DNA of 64,000 nucleotides from Chiloscyllium plagiosum (taxonomy: Eukaryota), in contig NC_057728.1 of NCBI RefSeq assembly GCF_004010195.1, positions 51,523,400-51,587,399 on the forward strand. Direction: 5' to 3'. The translations under genes were made by a program, and so were the position numbers. Below the pieces are notes generated by a model, which had not been told where the DNA came from, searched no databases, and was given only the letters and a program-made list of their open reading frames with translations. Numbering within the stretch: the stretch's first letter is position 1; each line of letters begins with the position of its first letter. Shown here one piece after another: positions 24,813 to 36,714 of the stretch.

Positions 24813-24963
24813 CTTTATATATAAAGGAGCTTCTTAAAGAAGAAGAGAGAAATGGAGAGGTTTAGGGAGAAAATGGCAGAGCTTGGGGGCCAGTACTGGA
24901 TGGTCAATAGTGGAGTGACTGTAATCAAGGACGCTCAATAGGCTGAACTAGATGAGCATAGTT

Positions 24964-25285
24964 TGGGTGGCACAGTGGCTCAGTGGTTGGCACTGCTGCT
25001 GTCTTACAGTGCCAGGGACCCAATTTAATTTTCCCCCTCCGGCGACTGTCTGTGTGGAGTTTGCACATTCTCCCTGTGTTTGTGTAGGTTTCCTCCGGAT
25101 GCTCCAGTTTCCTCCCACAGTCCAAAGATGTGCAAGTTAGGTGGATTGACTATGGTAAATTGCCCATGGTATCCAGGTTGGGTAGGTTAGCCATTGGAAA
25201 TGCAGAGGTAGGGTTGGGGGTGAGTCTGACTGAGATGCTGTTTGGAGGATCAGTGTGGACTTGACGGGCAGAATAGCCTGCTTCT
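24964..25285 (+). mobile_element. HE1-type V-SINE
   Basis: Family match. Confidence 0.82.
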
Positions 25286-25675
25286 AGATATCGTGGAGAG
25301 TCGTTGGGGTGGAGAGAATTACATGGATGGGAAGGGTAAGGCCAAGGGTAGCTTTGAAAGCAATAATGAGTTTAAATTGGAAAGCACTTGAGAACTTAAC
25401 TAGGCGGTGATGCAAGTTAGTGATTACATATATGGAGGAGGCATGCACTGGTGCAAGTTAGGATACATACATACAAACCTATGAAATCACAAATTAAGAT
25501 CAGGAGTAGGTCATTTGGTCCCTTGAACCTGCTGCCCCATTTGATAAGACCATGACTAATCTGACTGTAATCTCTGCTGTCCTGTCTAACTCCTAAATAC
25601 TTGGTTCCCTTCTCAGTCAAGATCCGATCAAATAAGCCTTCCAAAACATCAATGACTCCATCTTCAGTGCTCCCT

Positions 25676-27370
25676 GAACATAGAACATAGAATATAGAAT
25701 AGTGCAGCACAGGAATGAACCATTCAGCCCATAATGTTGTGCCTAACATGATGCCAAGTTAAACTAATCCCTTCTGCCTGCCTTTGGTCCATATCCCTCC
25801 ATTCCTTGCATATTCATGTGCCTATCTAAAAGTCCCTGAAACGCTAGTATCCTGCCTGCCTCCACCACGACCCCCAGCAGCATGCTGCAGACTCCTACCA
25901 CTGTCTGTGTAAAAAGCTTACCCCTCATATCTCCTTTGAACTCCCCCCTTTGAACTTCTGATCATCAACCCTATCTATGCATCTCACAATTTTATAGGCT
26001 TCTATCAAGGCTCCCCTCAGCCTCTGCCACTCCAGAGAAAAAAACCTGAGTTTTTCTAGCTTCTCTTTACAGCTCATAGCTTCTAATCCAAGCAGCATCT
26101 TGGTAAACCTCTTCTTCACCCTCTCCAAAGCCTCTGCATTCCTCCTGTATTATGGCGACCAGAATTGAACACAGTACTCTAAGTGTGGCCTTACCAAAGT
26201 CTTATGAGGCTGCCATATGTCATCCTAACTCTTGTACTCAGTTCCTTGACCAATAAAGGCAAGCATGCCACACACTTTCTTTATCACTCGTGACCACTTT
26301 CAGGTAGCTATGGACTTGAACCGCAAGGTTCCTCTCTATATCAATGCTGTTTACGTTTCTGCCATTAACTGTATGTTTCCTTAATATTTGATCTCACACT
26401 TACCCAGATTAAACTCCATCTGCCATTTCTCCACATAACTGCAACTGATCTATATCCTTTAACAGCATTCTATACCATCCACAACTCCACTGATATTTGT
26501 GTTGTCTGCAAACTTACTAATCCACTCATCTACATTTTCATCCAAGTCATTTACATATATCACAAACAGCCGAGGTCCCAGTACAGATCCTTACTAGTCA
26601 TGGACCTCCAGTCGGAGAAACACCCTTCCACCCTACCCTCTACCCTCTATGGGCAAGCCAATACTGAATCCACATGGCCAAGTCACTGTGGACCCCATGC
26701 ATTTTCATCTTCTGGATGAGCCCACCATGAGGAACCTTACAAAAGCCTTACTAAAGTTCATGTAAGCAACATCCATTGCACTACCCGAATTGATCACCTT
26801 CGTCACCTCCTCAAAAATTCAGTCAAGTTAGTAAGACATGACCTACCCTGCACAAAGCCATGCTGACTGTCCCTAATTAGGCCAGAGTTTTCCAAATGCA
26901 TATAAATCCTATCCCTAAGAATTCTCTCCAATAGCTTCCCAACCACCAATGTGAGATTCATCGATCCATAGTTTCCTGGATTATCCCTATTTTCGTTCTT
27001 GAACAGAGGAACAACATTAGCTACTTGCCAGCCCTTTGGGATCTCTCCAAAGGCTAATGAAGGTACAAAGGTCTTGGTCAGGGCCCCAGCAATCTCTTCT
27101 CTTGCCTCTCTCAACAACCTGCGGTAGATACCATCAGGCCCTGGGGACTTATCTGTCTTAATGCTCTGCAAGACACCCAACACCACTACTTTCTTGATCT
27201 CAAAACTCCGTAGCATATTAGCATGTTCCACACAAATCTCACTATCTTCTATATCTTCTCCTGGGTGAATACCGACCCAAAGTACTCATTTAGGATCTCA
27301 CACACATCCTCTTCTTCCAAGCACAAGTTCCTTTATCCTTGAGTGATCATACCTTCTATCTAGTTGTCCT
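25676..27370 (-). mobile_element. CR1 ORF2 3' half, inserted into an older CR1 (about 25490-25675 and 27370-27950)
   Basis: ORFs 26803-27231(-) KSPGPDGIY...QHGFVQGRSCLTNL and 25925-26128(-); tail repeats at 25676-25700. Confidence 0.88.
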
Positions 27371-27961
27371 GAGGATGGGAATCCACAGACCAATGATCCT
27401 CACCTCTAGCTTAAATGGGACTGCCCTCATTTTTAAGTTGTTATTCTTAGTTTTAGTCACTCCCAGAGGGGAAACATCCTTTCAGCATCCACTCTGTCAA
27501 GTCCCCTTAAGGTATAATCCATTTCTAAAGAATCAATTCTCATTTGTCTAATCTCCAATGGACTCAGGTCCAACTTGGTTTGTAAAACAGGGCCTTCTCC
27601 CAAATATCAGACCAGTGAACCTTGTCTCCACTGCTTCAGTGCAGCTGTATCCTTTAAGGAGAACAAGACTGTAAACTGTACAATGTTTGCACCAATGTTC
27701 TGTACAACTATTACAAAACTTCCCTCCTTTAACATTTCATTCACTTTGTCATATAAGCCACAACACCCCATTTGCCTTGCTAGTCACTTGCTGTACCTGC
27801 ATATTAACTTTTCAAGATGCATGTAGCAGGATACCCAGCTCTCTCTGTACTGCAGAGTTCTGCAACCTCTCCATTTAAATAAAATGTTGCTGTTTTGTTT
27901 TTCCTGCCACATTATGTTTCATTTTGTTGTCCACTCACATGACTGATCTATATTAAAGGGT

Positions 27962-28380
27962 GGCTATGGCCTAGTGGTATTATCACTAGACTGGTAATCC
28001 AGAAACAAAAAGTGTGGTGCCGGAAAAGCACAGCGGGTCAGGCAGCATCCGAGAAGCAGGAGAGGCGACGTCTCAAACATTAGCCCTTCATCAGGAATAT
28101 AATCCAGAAACTCAATGATGTTCTGGGGACTCAGTTTTGAACTCTGCCACGGGAGATGGTGGAATTTGAATTTAATAAAGAAAAACATCTGGAATTAGGA
28201 ATATAATGATGACCATGAAATCATTGTCGATTGTCAGAAAAACCCATCTGATTCATTAATGTCTATCAGGGAAGGAAACTGCTATCCTTTCGATATGTGA
28301 CTCCAAACTCACAGCAATGTGGTTGACTCTCAATTGCCCTCTGAAATGGTCTAGCAAGCCATTCAGTTATACCAATCATT
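27962..28380 (+). mobile_element. SINE-B interrupted by a PLE mini-insertion
   Basis: Family match on both sides of 28007-28099. Confidence 0.8.
28007..28099 (-). mobile_element. PLE mini-insertion (family A) with a 12-bp TSD
   Basis: TAATCCAGAAAC at 27995-28006 and 28100-28111; degenerate hammerhead at its 5' end. Confidence 0.82.
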
Positions 28381-28424
28381 ACACCCTCTCTAAGAAATTA
28401 AACCAGATAGATCGTCTGGCATTA

Positions 28425-29480
28425 ACCTGACCTCAAATTTACCTGGACCATCTCTGACACCTCCCTCCCCTTCTTGGACCTCTCCATCTCCATTAATGAC
28501 GACCGACTTGACACTGACATTTTTTACAAACCCACCGACTCCCACAGCTACCTGGATTACACCTCTTCCCACCCTACCTCTTGCAAAAATGCCATCCCCT
28601 ATTNNNNNNNNNNNNNNNNNNNNNNNNNNNNNNNNNNNNNNNNNNNNNNNNNNNNNNNNNNNNNNNNNNNNNNNNNNNNNNNNNNNNNNNNNNNNNNNNN
28701 NNNNNNNNNNNNNNNNNNNNNNNNNNNNNNNNNNNNNNNNNNNNNNNNNNNNNNNNNNNNNNNNNNNNNNNNNNNNNNNNNNNNNNNNNNNNNNNNNNNN
28801 NNNNNNNNNNNNNNNNNNNNNNNNNNNNNNNNNNNNNNNNNNNNNNNNNNNNNNNNNNNNNNNNNNNNNNNNNNNNNNNNNNNNNNNNNNNNNNNNNNNN
28901 NNNNNNNNNNNNNNNNNNNNNNNNNNNNNNNNNNNNNNNNNNNNNNNNNNNNNNNNNNNNNNNNNNNNNNNNNNNNNNNNNNNNNNNNNNNNNNNNNNNN
29001 NNNNNNNNNNNNNNNNNNNNNNNNNNNNNNNNNNNNNNNNNNNNNNNNNNNNNNNNNNNNNNNNNNNNNNNNNNNNNNNNNNNNNNNNNNNNNNNNNNNN
29101 NNNNNNNNNNNNNNNNNNNNNNNNNNNNNNNNNNNNNNNNNNNNNNNNNNNNNNNNNNNNNNNNNNNNNNNNNNNNNNNNNNNNNNNNNNNNNNNNNNNN
29201 NNNNNNNNNNNNNNNNNNNNNNNNNNNNNNNNNNNNNNNNNNNNNNNNNNNNNNNNNNNNNNNNNNNNNNNNNNNNNNNNNNNNNNNNNNNNNNNNNNNN
29301 NNNNNNNNNNNNNNNNNNNNNNNNNNNNNNNNNNNNNNNCCCTCCTCTAGCTTATCTCTCCACGCTTCAGGCTCACTGCCTTTATTCCTGATGAAGGGCT
29401 TTTGCCCGAATCGTCAATTTTACTGCTCCTCGGATGCTGCCTGACCTGCTTTGCTCTTCCAGCACCACTAATCCAGAATC
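28425..29480 (+). mobile_element. Penelope-like element (family A): RT fragment, gap and 3' end
   Basis: LPFLDLSISI..DRLDTDIFYKPTDSHSYLDYTSSHPTSCKNAIPY resembles a PLE RT C-terminus; family A end with hammerhead at 29388-29415 after the N gap. Confidence 0.85.
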
Positions 29481-32070
29481 TTGTTGACTGACTGTCAACC
29501 CTGCAAAGTCCTCCTTACCAACATCTTGGGGCTAGTGTCAAAATTGGGAGAGCTGTCTCACAGACTAGTCAAGCAACACCCTGACATAGTCATATTCATG
29601 GAATTATACCTTACAAACAATGCCCCAGACAGTACCATCACTATCCCTTGATATGTCCTGTCCAATCAGCTGGACACATCCAGCAGAGGTGGTGGCACAG
29701 TGGTATACAGTTGGAGGGAGTTGCCCTGGGAGTCTTCAACATTGACTGCAGACCCCAAGAAGTCGCATGGCTTCAGGTTAAACAGGGGCAAGGAAACTTC
29801 CTGCTGCTTCCTGCATACCATCCTCCCTCGGTTGATGAATCAGTCCTCCTCCATGTTGAACAACACTTAGAGGAAGTACTGAGGATGGCAAAGGCACAGA
29901 ATGTATTCTGGGTGGGGAATTTCAATATCCACCCACCAAGAGTGGCTCGGCAGCAGAATTACTGATCAAGCTTGTTGGATCCTAAAGGACATAACTGCTA
30001 GACTGGGTCTGTGGCAGTTGGTGAGGGAACCAACAAGAGGGCAAAACATACTTGACCTCATCCTTACCAATCTCCCAGCTGCAGATGCATCTGTCCATGA
30101 CAGTATCAGGAAGAGCGACCACCACACAGTCCTTGTGGAGACAAAGTCCTGCCTTTACATTGAGAATAACCGCCATCGTGTTGTGTGGAATTAACACTGT
30201 GTTAAATCGGACAGACATCAAACAGATCTAGCAACTCAAGACTGGGCATCCATGAGGCACTGCCATCAACAGCAGCAGAATTGTACTCCAGCACAACCTA
30301 TAACCTTATGGCCTGGCATATCTCCCACTCAACCATTACCATCAAGCTAATGGATCAACCCTGATTCAGTGAAGAGTGCCAGGAACAGCACCAGGCATAT
30401 CTGAAAATGAGGTGTCAACCTGGTGAAGCCACTAAACAGATCTATGTTTGTGCCAAACACCATAAGCAGCAAGTGATAGACAGAGCTAAGCGATGCCACA
30501 TTCACTGCATTAGATCTAAGTTCTGCAGTCCTGCCACATCCAGTCAGAAATGGTGGTGGATGGTTAAACAACTCACTGGAGGAGAAAGTACCACAAATAT
30601 CCTCATCCTCAATGATGGAAGAGCCCCGCACATCAGTGCAAAAGATATAGATGAAGCTTTCGCAGCAAATTTCAGCCAGAAGTGCTGACTGGATGATCCA
30701 TCTCGGCCTCCTCCAGTAGTCCCCACCATTACAGGTGTCAGTCTTCAGCCATTTCAATTCACTCCACATGACACCCAGAAACTGTTGAAGACACTGAATA
30801 CCGTAAAAGCAATAGGCCCTGACAACATTCCAGCAATAGTGCTGAAGACTTGTGCTCCAGAAAGTGCTGCTCCCCTAGCCAAGCTGTTCCAGTACAGTTA
30901 CAACACTGGCATTTATCTGACAATATGGAGCATTGCCCAGGTATGTCCTGTACATAAAAAGCATGACAAATCCAGCTCAGCCAATTATCACCCCATCAGT
31001 CTACACTTGATCATCATAAAGGGATGGCAAGTGTCATCACAGTGCTATCAAGCAGCACCTGCTCAGCAATGACCTACTCAGTGATGCCCAGTTTGGGTTC
31101 TGCCAGGAACACTCAGGGTAGTGTCATGAATTCCTCAGGGTAGTGTCCTAGGGCCAACCATCTTCTGTTTCATCAATGTCCTTCTCCTCATCATAAGATC
31201 AGAACTGGGGATATTTGTCAATGATTGCATTATGTTCAGCACCATTTGCAACTCCTCAAATACTGAAGCAATCCATGTTCAAATGGCGAGTAACACTCGT
31301 GCCACACAAATGCCAGGCTATGACCATTAGCAATAAGAGACAGTCTAACCACTACCCCTCGACATTCGATGGTGTTACCATCAGTGAATCCCCTATTATC
31401 AACATCCTGGGATTTATTATTGACCAGAAACTCAACTGGACTCACCAAATAAACACTGTAGCTACAAGAGCAGGTCAGAGACTCGGAATACAGTGGCATG
31501 TAATTCACCTCTTGACTCCCCAAAGTCTGTGCACCATCGACAAGGCATTTGTCAGGATGAAATGGAGTACTCCCCACTTGCCTGGATGAGTGCAGCACCA
31601 ACAACACTCAAGAAACTTGACCTCATCTAGGACAAAGCAGCCCACCTGATTGGCACCATATCCACAAGCATCTGATGTCTCCACCACTGACACTCAGTAG
31701 CAGCAGTGTGTGCTATCTACAAGCTGCACTGCAGAAATTCACCATCCTCATACAGCACCTTCCAAATCCACGGTGACATCCATCGACATGGACAAGAGCA
31801 GTGGATACACAGGAACACCACCACCTTCAAGTTCCCTTCCAAGTCAGTCACCATCCTGACTTGGAAATATATCGCCATTCCAACAGTTTCACTGGGTCAA
31901 AATCCTGGAATTCCCTCCCTAAGGGCATTGTAGGTAAGTTCACTGCAGGTGGACTGCAACGGTTCAATAAGGCAGCTCACCACCACCTTATCGAGGGCAA
32001 TTAGAAATGGGCAATAAACGCTAGTCCAGTCAGTGAGACCCACATCCTACAAATGAATTTTAAAAATTCT
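29481..32070 (+). mobile_element. Decayed CR1-clade LINE (second family); ORF2 APE plus internally deleted RT
   Basis: ORF pieces AYHPPS...VFWVGNFN, REPTRGQNILDLILTN, KAIGPDNIPAIVLKTCAPE...NYHPISL; 3' tail shared with SINE-B. Confidence 0.85.
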
Positions 32071-32142
32071 CTTAATGTCCTCTTCACAGCTCATTTCCTT
32101 GCGTATCATCATCAAATTTAGCAAGCAAGCAGCAAGTGACTT

Positions 32143-32610
32143 AGAGTCATAGAGTCATAGAGCATGGAACAGACCATTCGACCCAATTTGTGCATGGCGA
32201 CCAGATATCCCAACCTAATCTAGTCCCATTTGCCAGCACTTGGCACATATCCCTCTAAACCCTTCCTATTAATATACCCATCCAGATTCATTTTAAATGT
32301 TCCAATTGTACCAGCCTCCACCACATCCTCAGGCAGCTCATTCCATACACGTACCACCCTCTGTGTGAAAAAGTTGCCCCTTAGGTCTCTTTATATCCTT
32401 CCTCTCTCACCCTAAATCTATGCCCTCTAGTTCTGGACTCCCCCACCCCAGGGAAAAGACCTTGTCTATTTACCCCACCCATGCCCCTCATGATTTTGTA
32501 AACCTCTATAAGGTCACCCCTCAGCCTCTGATGCTCCAGGGAAAATAGCCCCAGCCTATTCATCCTTTCCCTATAGCTCAAACCCTGGCATCATCCTTGT
32601 AAATCTTTAT
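32143..32610 (-). mobile_element. CR1 3' fragment
   Basis: ORF 32381-32581(-) SYRERMNRLGLFSLE..RLRGDLIEVYKIM. Confidence 0.88.
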
Positions 32611-32859
32611 CCAAGTTATTGATGCAGTATTGCTAAAAAATACACATCTCATCAAACATGAAATGAACTCATCAGGACAATTCACAACACTACCTGCAAA
32701 GTTGAAAGGAACATTTATACCGTCTGAGAGAGTACTGATTGGTTGGCATTTAGAGACATTGCCATGAAGAATCAGCAATTAATGATGATTGAGCATTAAC
32801 TGCCAAGCTTTGTTTATATTTCAATCAGACATGTTCACTCTGACTGATCAGGATTTCGC

Positions 32860-33500
32860 CATTAGACCATAAACGTAGGAACACAAGTAGGCCGTCAGTC
32901 CATTTAGTCTAATCCGCCATTCAATGAAATCATTGCTAATGTGATAATCCTCAACACCACATTCCTGCTTTACCCCATAACTTTTGCTTCTCTTAATGAT
33001 TAGAAATCTGTCTATCTCAGCCTTGGATATACTTAAAGACACAACATCAACAGTCCTCTGTGTTAAAGAACGCTACAGATTCATCACTCTCTCACAAAAT
33101 TACCCAGAAAGCCCAAACTCAAACTGAACTAGAGGCAAAAATTTTGCAATGATCTCTAAAATACATTAACATACATATGAGCCCTACCTTGCTTTACCTA
33201 AATACTGATCTTTTGTGATTCATACACTCATATCCCTCAGCAGCTCAGAACCCTGTAATCTCTCACCAGTTCAACAACACACTTCTTTTTATAAAGTTCA
33301 TGCCAAAATCAGCAATTCCATATTTTCCCGCATTATATCCTGTTTGCCGACTGACTTAAACTTGTCTGTACAACATTGCAGCCTTTGAATGTCCTCTTCA
33401 CAAATTATTTTCCTACCTTTCTTTGCGTTCTCCAGCAAATTATGCTCCCATACCTTTGGTCCCTTGAGCCAAATCACTTATATCATTATGAACAATCCCT
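32860..33500 (-). mobile_element. Old CR1 fragments
   Basis: KAEIDRFLI motif and CR1 tail. Confidence 0.55.
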
Positions 33501-34299
33501 AGACAAGGTTTCCCAAATTGTTTTGGTTCTACACACTGGATAGCACCGGATACACAAGATTCTGGGTGAAGAGGAATAAACTTCCCTTCTTTATTCACCT
33601 ACTCAACAAGGTTAATTTAGAAAGGAGCCCTTCCTTTCTGGATACCATTCTCCAAGTTTTAATCGGATCCATTTTAACCAAATTAACAAAATTTGAATTG
33701 ACAAAAACATTGAGTTAATGATCACTAAACATGAGAAGAATTAGAAATGCAACACACACACGCACTGATCATATATAAGAGGGGAGTGTAAAAAGATTTT
33801 TAAAAATTGAAAAGCAGATATATGGATCAGCCTCTGAAGTGTTTTCGAAGAGTGTACATAACTCTTGCCAAGTGGACTGACCTGGACCTTCCCAAAGCAG
33901 CCATGTTGCCCCTGTCAGCCTCCTGGAGCGATGTCTGTCCCTGATGGGAGTCAGAGAGAGAGAAACCATCGAGAGAGCTGGGACCAGCTGGAATGCTCTT
34001 GACTGAGGATTCTTCACGGCAGAGTGATTTGATTCTCTCTGTCTCTGCATCGTCCGAGCTTCAGCTCCCAAATCAAATCTCCTTGGGGGAAAGACTGAGA
34101 GAGAAATGAAAATTGATTAAAATGATTAAAAATCTGTGGCACCAAAAGCACAGCAAGGTCCCACTGCTTGTTGACTTCCACACCCTTACACTTTACCAGT
34201 ACTTCCACTGATATTCACAGCCTCAAGGTGAGGTCTAGCGTGGTCCAGACTCAAGACACGGAGTAGACTAGAGGCTAGGTGCTGGCACCGACTGGGTTG

Positions 34300-34517
34300 G
34301 AAGGACTGTCATTCTGAACTTTTTACTCCTTTATTTTTCTAATTTATTCCTATGATCTGTTATCTGGACTTTTAAAAAAAAATTATTTTTTTTCCCTAAG
34401 AATCTGTACTTAAGGATTTGTACCTAGGTACCTTTGTACTTAAAATGGCACCTAAGTGGCAACTTGTAAACTTTTCACTTTGAGTACTTGACAATAATGC
34501 TCATTCTAAATTCTGAA
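34300..34517 (+). mobile_element. Rex1-like 3' tail fragment
   Basis: CTTTTCACT...TGACAATAA...ATTCT end, similar to 1388-1446 and the reverse of 9750-9900. Confidence 0.4.
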
Positions 34518-35589
34518 TGTTAGAGCCATTGCACTGGACGTTACTCGTAACATTGGCATTGTTGGGTGAACAGATCCTTAGTTTGGCTGACGGGTTGAGA
34601 TTCCGTAATTCTGATGCTTTTCAACTGTGATTGAATTCCAGAATTCAGGATCAGAGAGAGTTGTTTGCTGCTCTATGGCACTGAGAGGTAGTGAGTGCGT
34701 TTACCTGCAGCACAGGGGTAACTAGGGAATAGTTCTTCGGCAATGCCATCACAGTATGCTATGCTCAAACCCAGGCTAGTACACACAAGAGCATTCAGTC
34801 CCATTAATCCACTCCCCTGAGAGATTAATGAGCAAGTGGCTTCTACTAGCTTGTGTTTGAGTTTAAGCAGGTGCAGTGTATGCACATGTTCTTTCTGTCT
34901 GCAAACCTGTTCTTTGTAATTACTCTCACTGGTGAGTCATATCCAAGAGTCTCCACACCTCTGAGCCCCAGTAGAATCCAAATATTGAAGTGGGAGTCCC
35001 TGCCTGGGCTCAGACTCATTCTCAATCCATTTAGTGGTGAGTTATTCACTCGCTCAAATGCACTGGGGTTACAGAAGCTCTTAATATCTTTCCTGAATAT
35101 GGACTTAGTCTAAAAATAGACCCCTTAAATTCAGAGCTGATATTGTCAGTATCCTCTTGGAAACGGCCCAAAAGTGAGAAAAATATAAATAGGTAAAACA
35201 AAATGTAGAGGGATAAAGGTAGAGAGATGCCCTGGTAAATGGCTGAACATGCTGTTTTATGAGTCGTGCTATTGTAAGTGGATGTACTTTTATAACTCCA
35301 CAGAGACTGGGAAACAAATAAAGGTCATTCATGCAAGTTTTGGGAACAAGAATTACTTTTTCTCTTTGTACCTGTTGCCCAATATCCATCTTGCACGTTG
35401 GTAAAAATGACAGACCTGACTGTTGCTTTGACACTGTGCTGGAAATGTATGAGAGGCGAAATCACCTCACTCAAAGTGACATGAATCCTTGGCACTCCTG
35501 GATATTGCATTGTTGAATATGTGCAAGGCTGAGATTTTTGATTTCTCAGGGAATAAAGGAATACAAAGATTGGGTAGAATGTTGGTGGT

Positions 35590-36120
35590 ACTTCTTCTGG
35601 AACACCGTGTCCAGTTCTGGTCGCCCAGTTATAGCAAGGACATTATCAGGCTGGAGGGGGTTCAGGAGAGATTTACCAGGATGTTGCCAGGAATGAAGGG
35701 TTTGAGTTATAAGGAGAGGCTGGATAGGCTGGGACTTTTTTCACTGAAGTATCGGAGATTGAGAAGTGACCTTATAAAGGTTTATAAAATAATAACAGAT
35801 ATGGATAAAGTGAATGACAGGCATCTTCTCCCTAAGGTGGAGGATTTCAAGACTAGGGAGCATGTTTTAAGGTGAGAGGAGAAAGATTTAAAAAAGACAT
35901 GAGGGCAATTTCTTTTACACAGAGTGTGGTTCATGTGTGGAATGAACTTCCAGGGGAAGTGGTGGATGCAGGTACAGTTACAACATTTCAAAGAAATTTG
36001 GATGAGTAATGTTTGGAGGGAAAAGGGCCAAGTTCAGGCAGGTGGAACTAGTTTAGTTTGGGATGATGATTGGCATGGACTGGTTAGACCGAAGGATCTG
36101 TTTCCGTGCTGTGTGACTCT
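35590..36120 (+). mobile_element. CR1 3' fragment
   Basis: LEHRVQFWSPSYSKDIIRLEGVQERFTRMLPG. Confidence 0.88.
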
Positions 36121-36714
36121 AAAAGTGAAGCTGAAACCCAACGTCAGCCATAATTGGATAGAATGGTGGAGCAAGCTTGATGGGCCGAATGGTCTTCTAC
36201 TGCTCCTATTTCTCACTTTCTGGATGATCGATGCAAAGATTAGTCCTGTCAGTCAAAATGAAAGCAGTGCCCGATTCTGAGTATGTGGGCCATAGGAATT
36301 GCATACAATTGAGGATGGAATCTGATTCCTGGAGCCATTATCCTCTCCTGGGAACTGACAGATTTGGTCGTTAGGGCTGGTCACTGCTGATTCTACAGGG
36401 AGGAGGGGAGGCAACATCCATGCCAACACAGCCTCCAAGGCAAGGTACATTTAGTTATTTAGCCTGCTGGGACCAGGCCACAGAACCCTGGGTGCACAAT
36501 GGGAGAAGTGGTGGGGTTGGGCACCTTTCAGGGAACGGATAATGTCTTCAGGTTCTCCCATTCCCCAAGACCATGGGCTATGGAATGGCCTTTCAAGCAT
36601 TCCCACTTTTAATCAGCCCTTAGCAAGTGTGTTTGCAGTTCAGAACATAGGAAAAGAGCAGTAAGAGCAGGCCATTTAGCCTCTTGGACCTGCTCTATCC
36701 ATAAGATGAAAAAA

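Noticed and set aside
28474..29444. Long ORFs of 284-305 aa
   Set aside because: Artefacts of translating through the N gap at 28604-29339; only the first 43 or so codons (PLE RT) are real.
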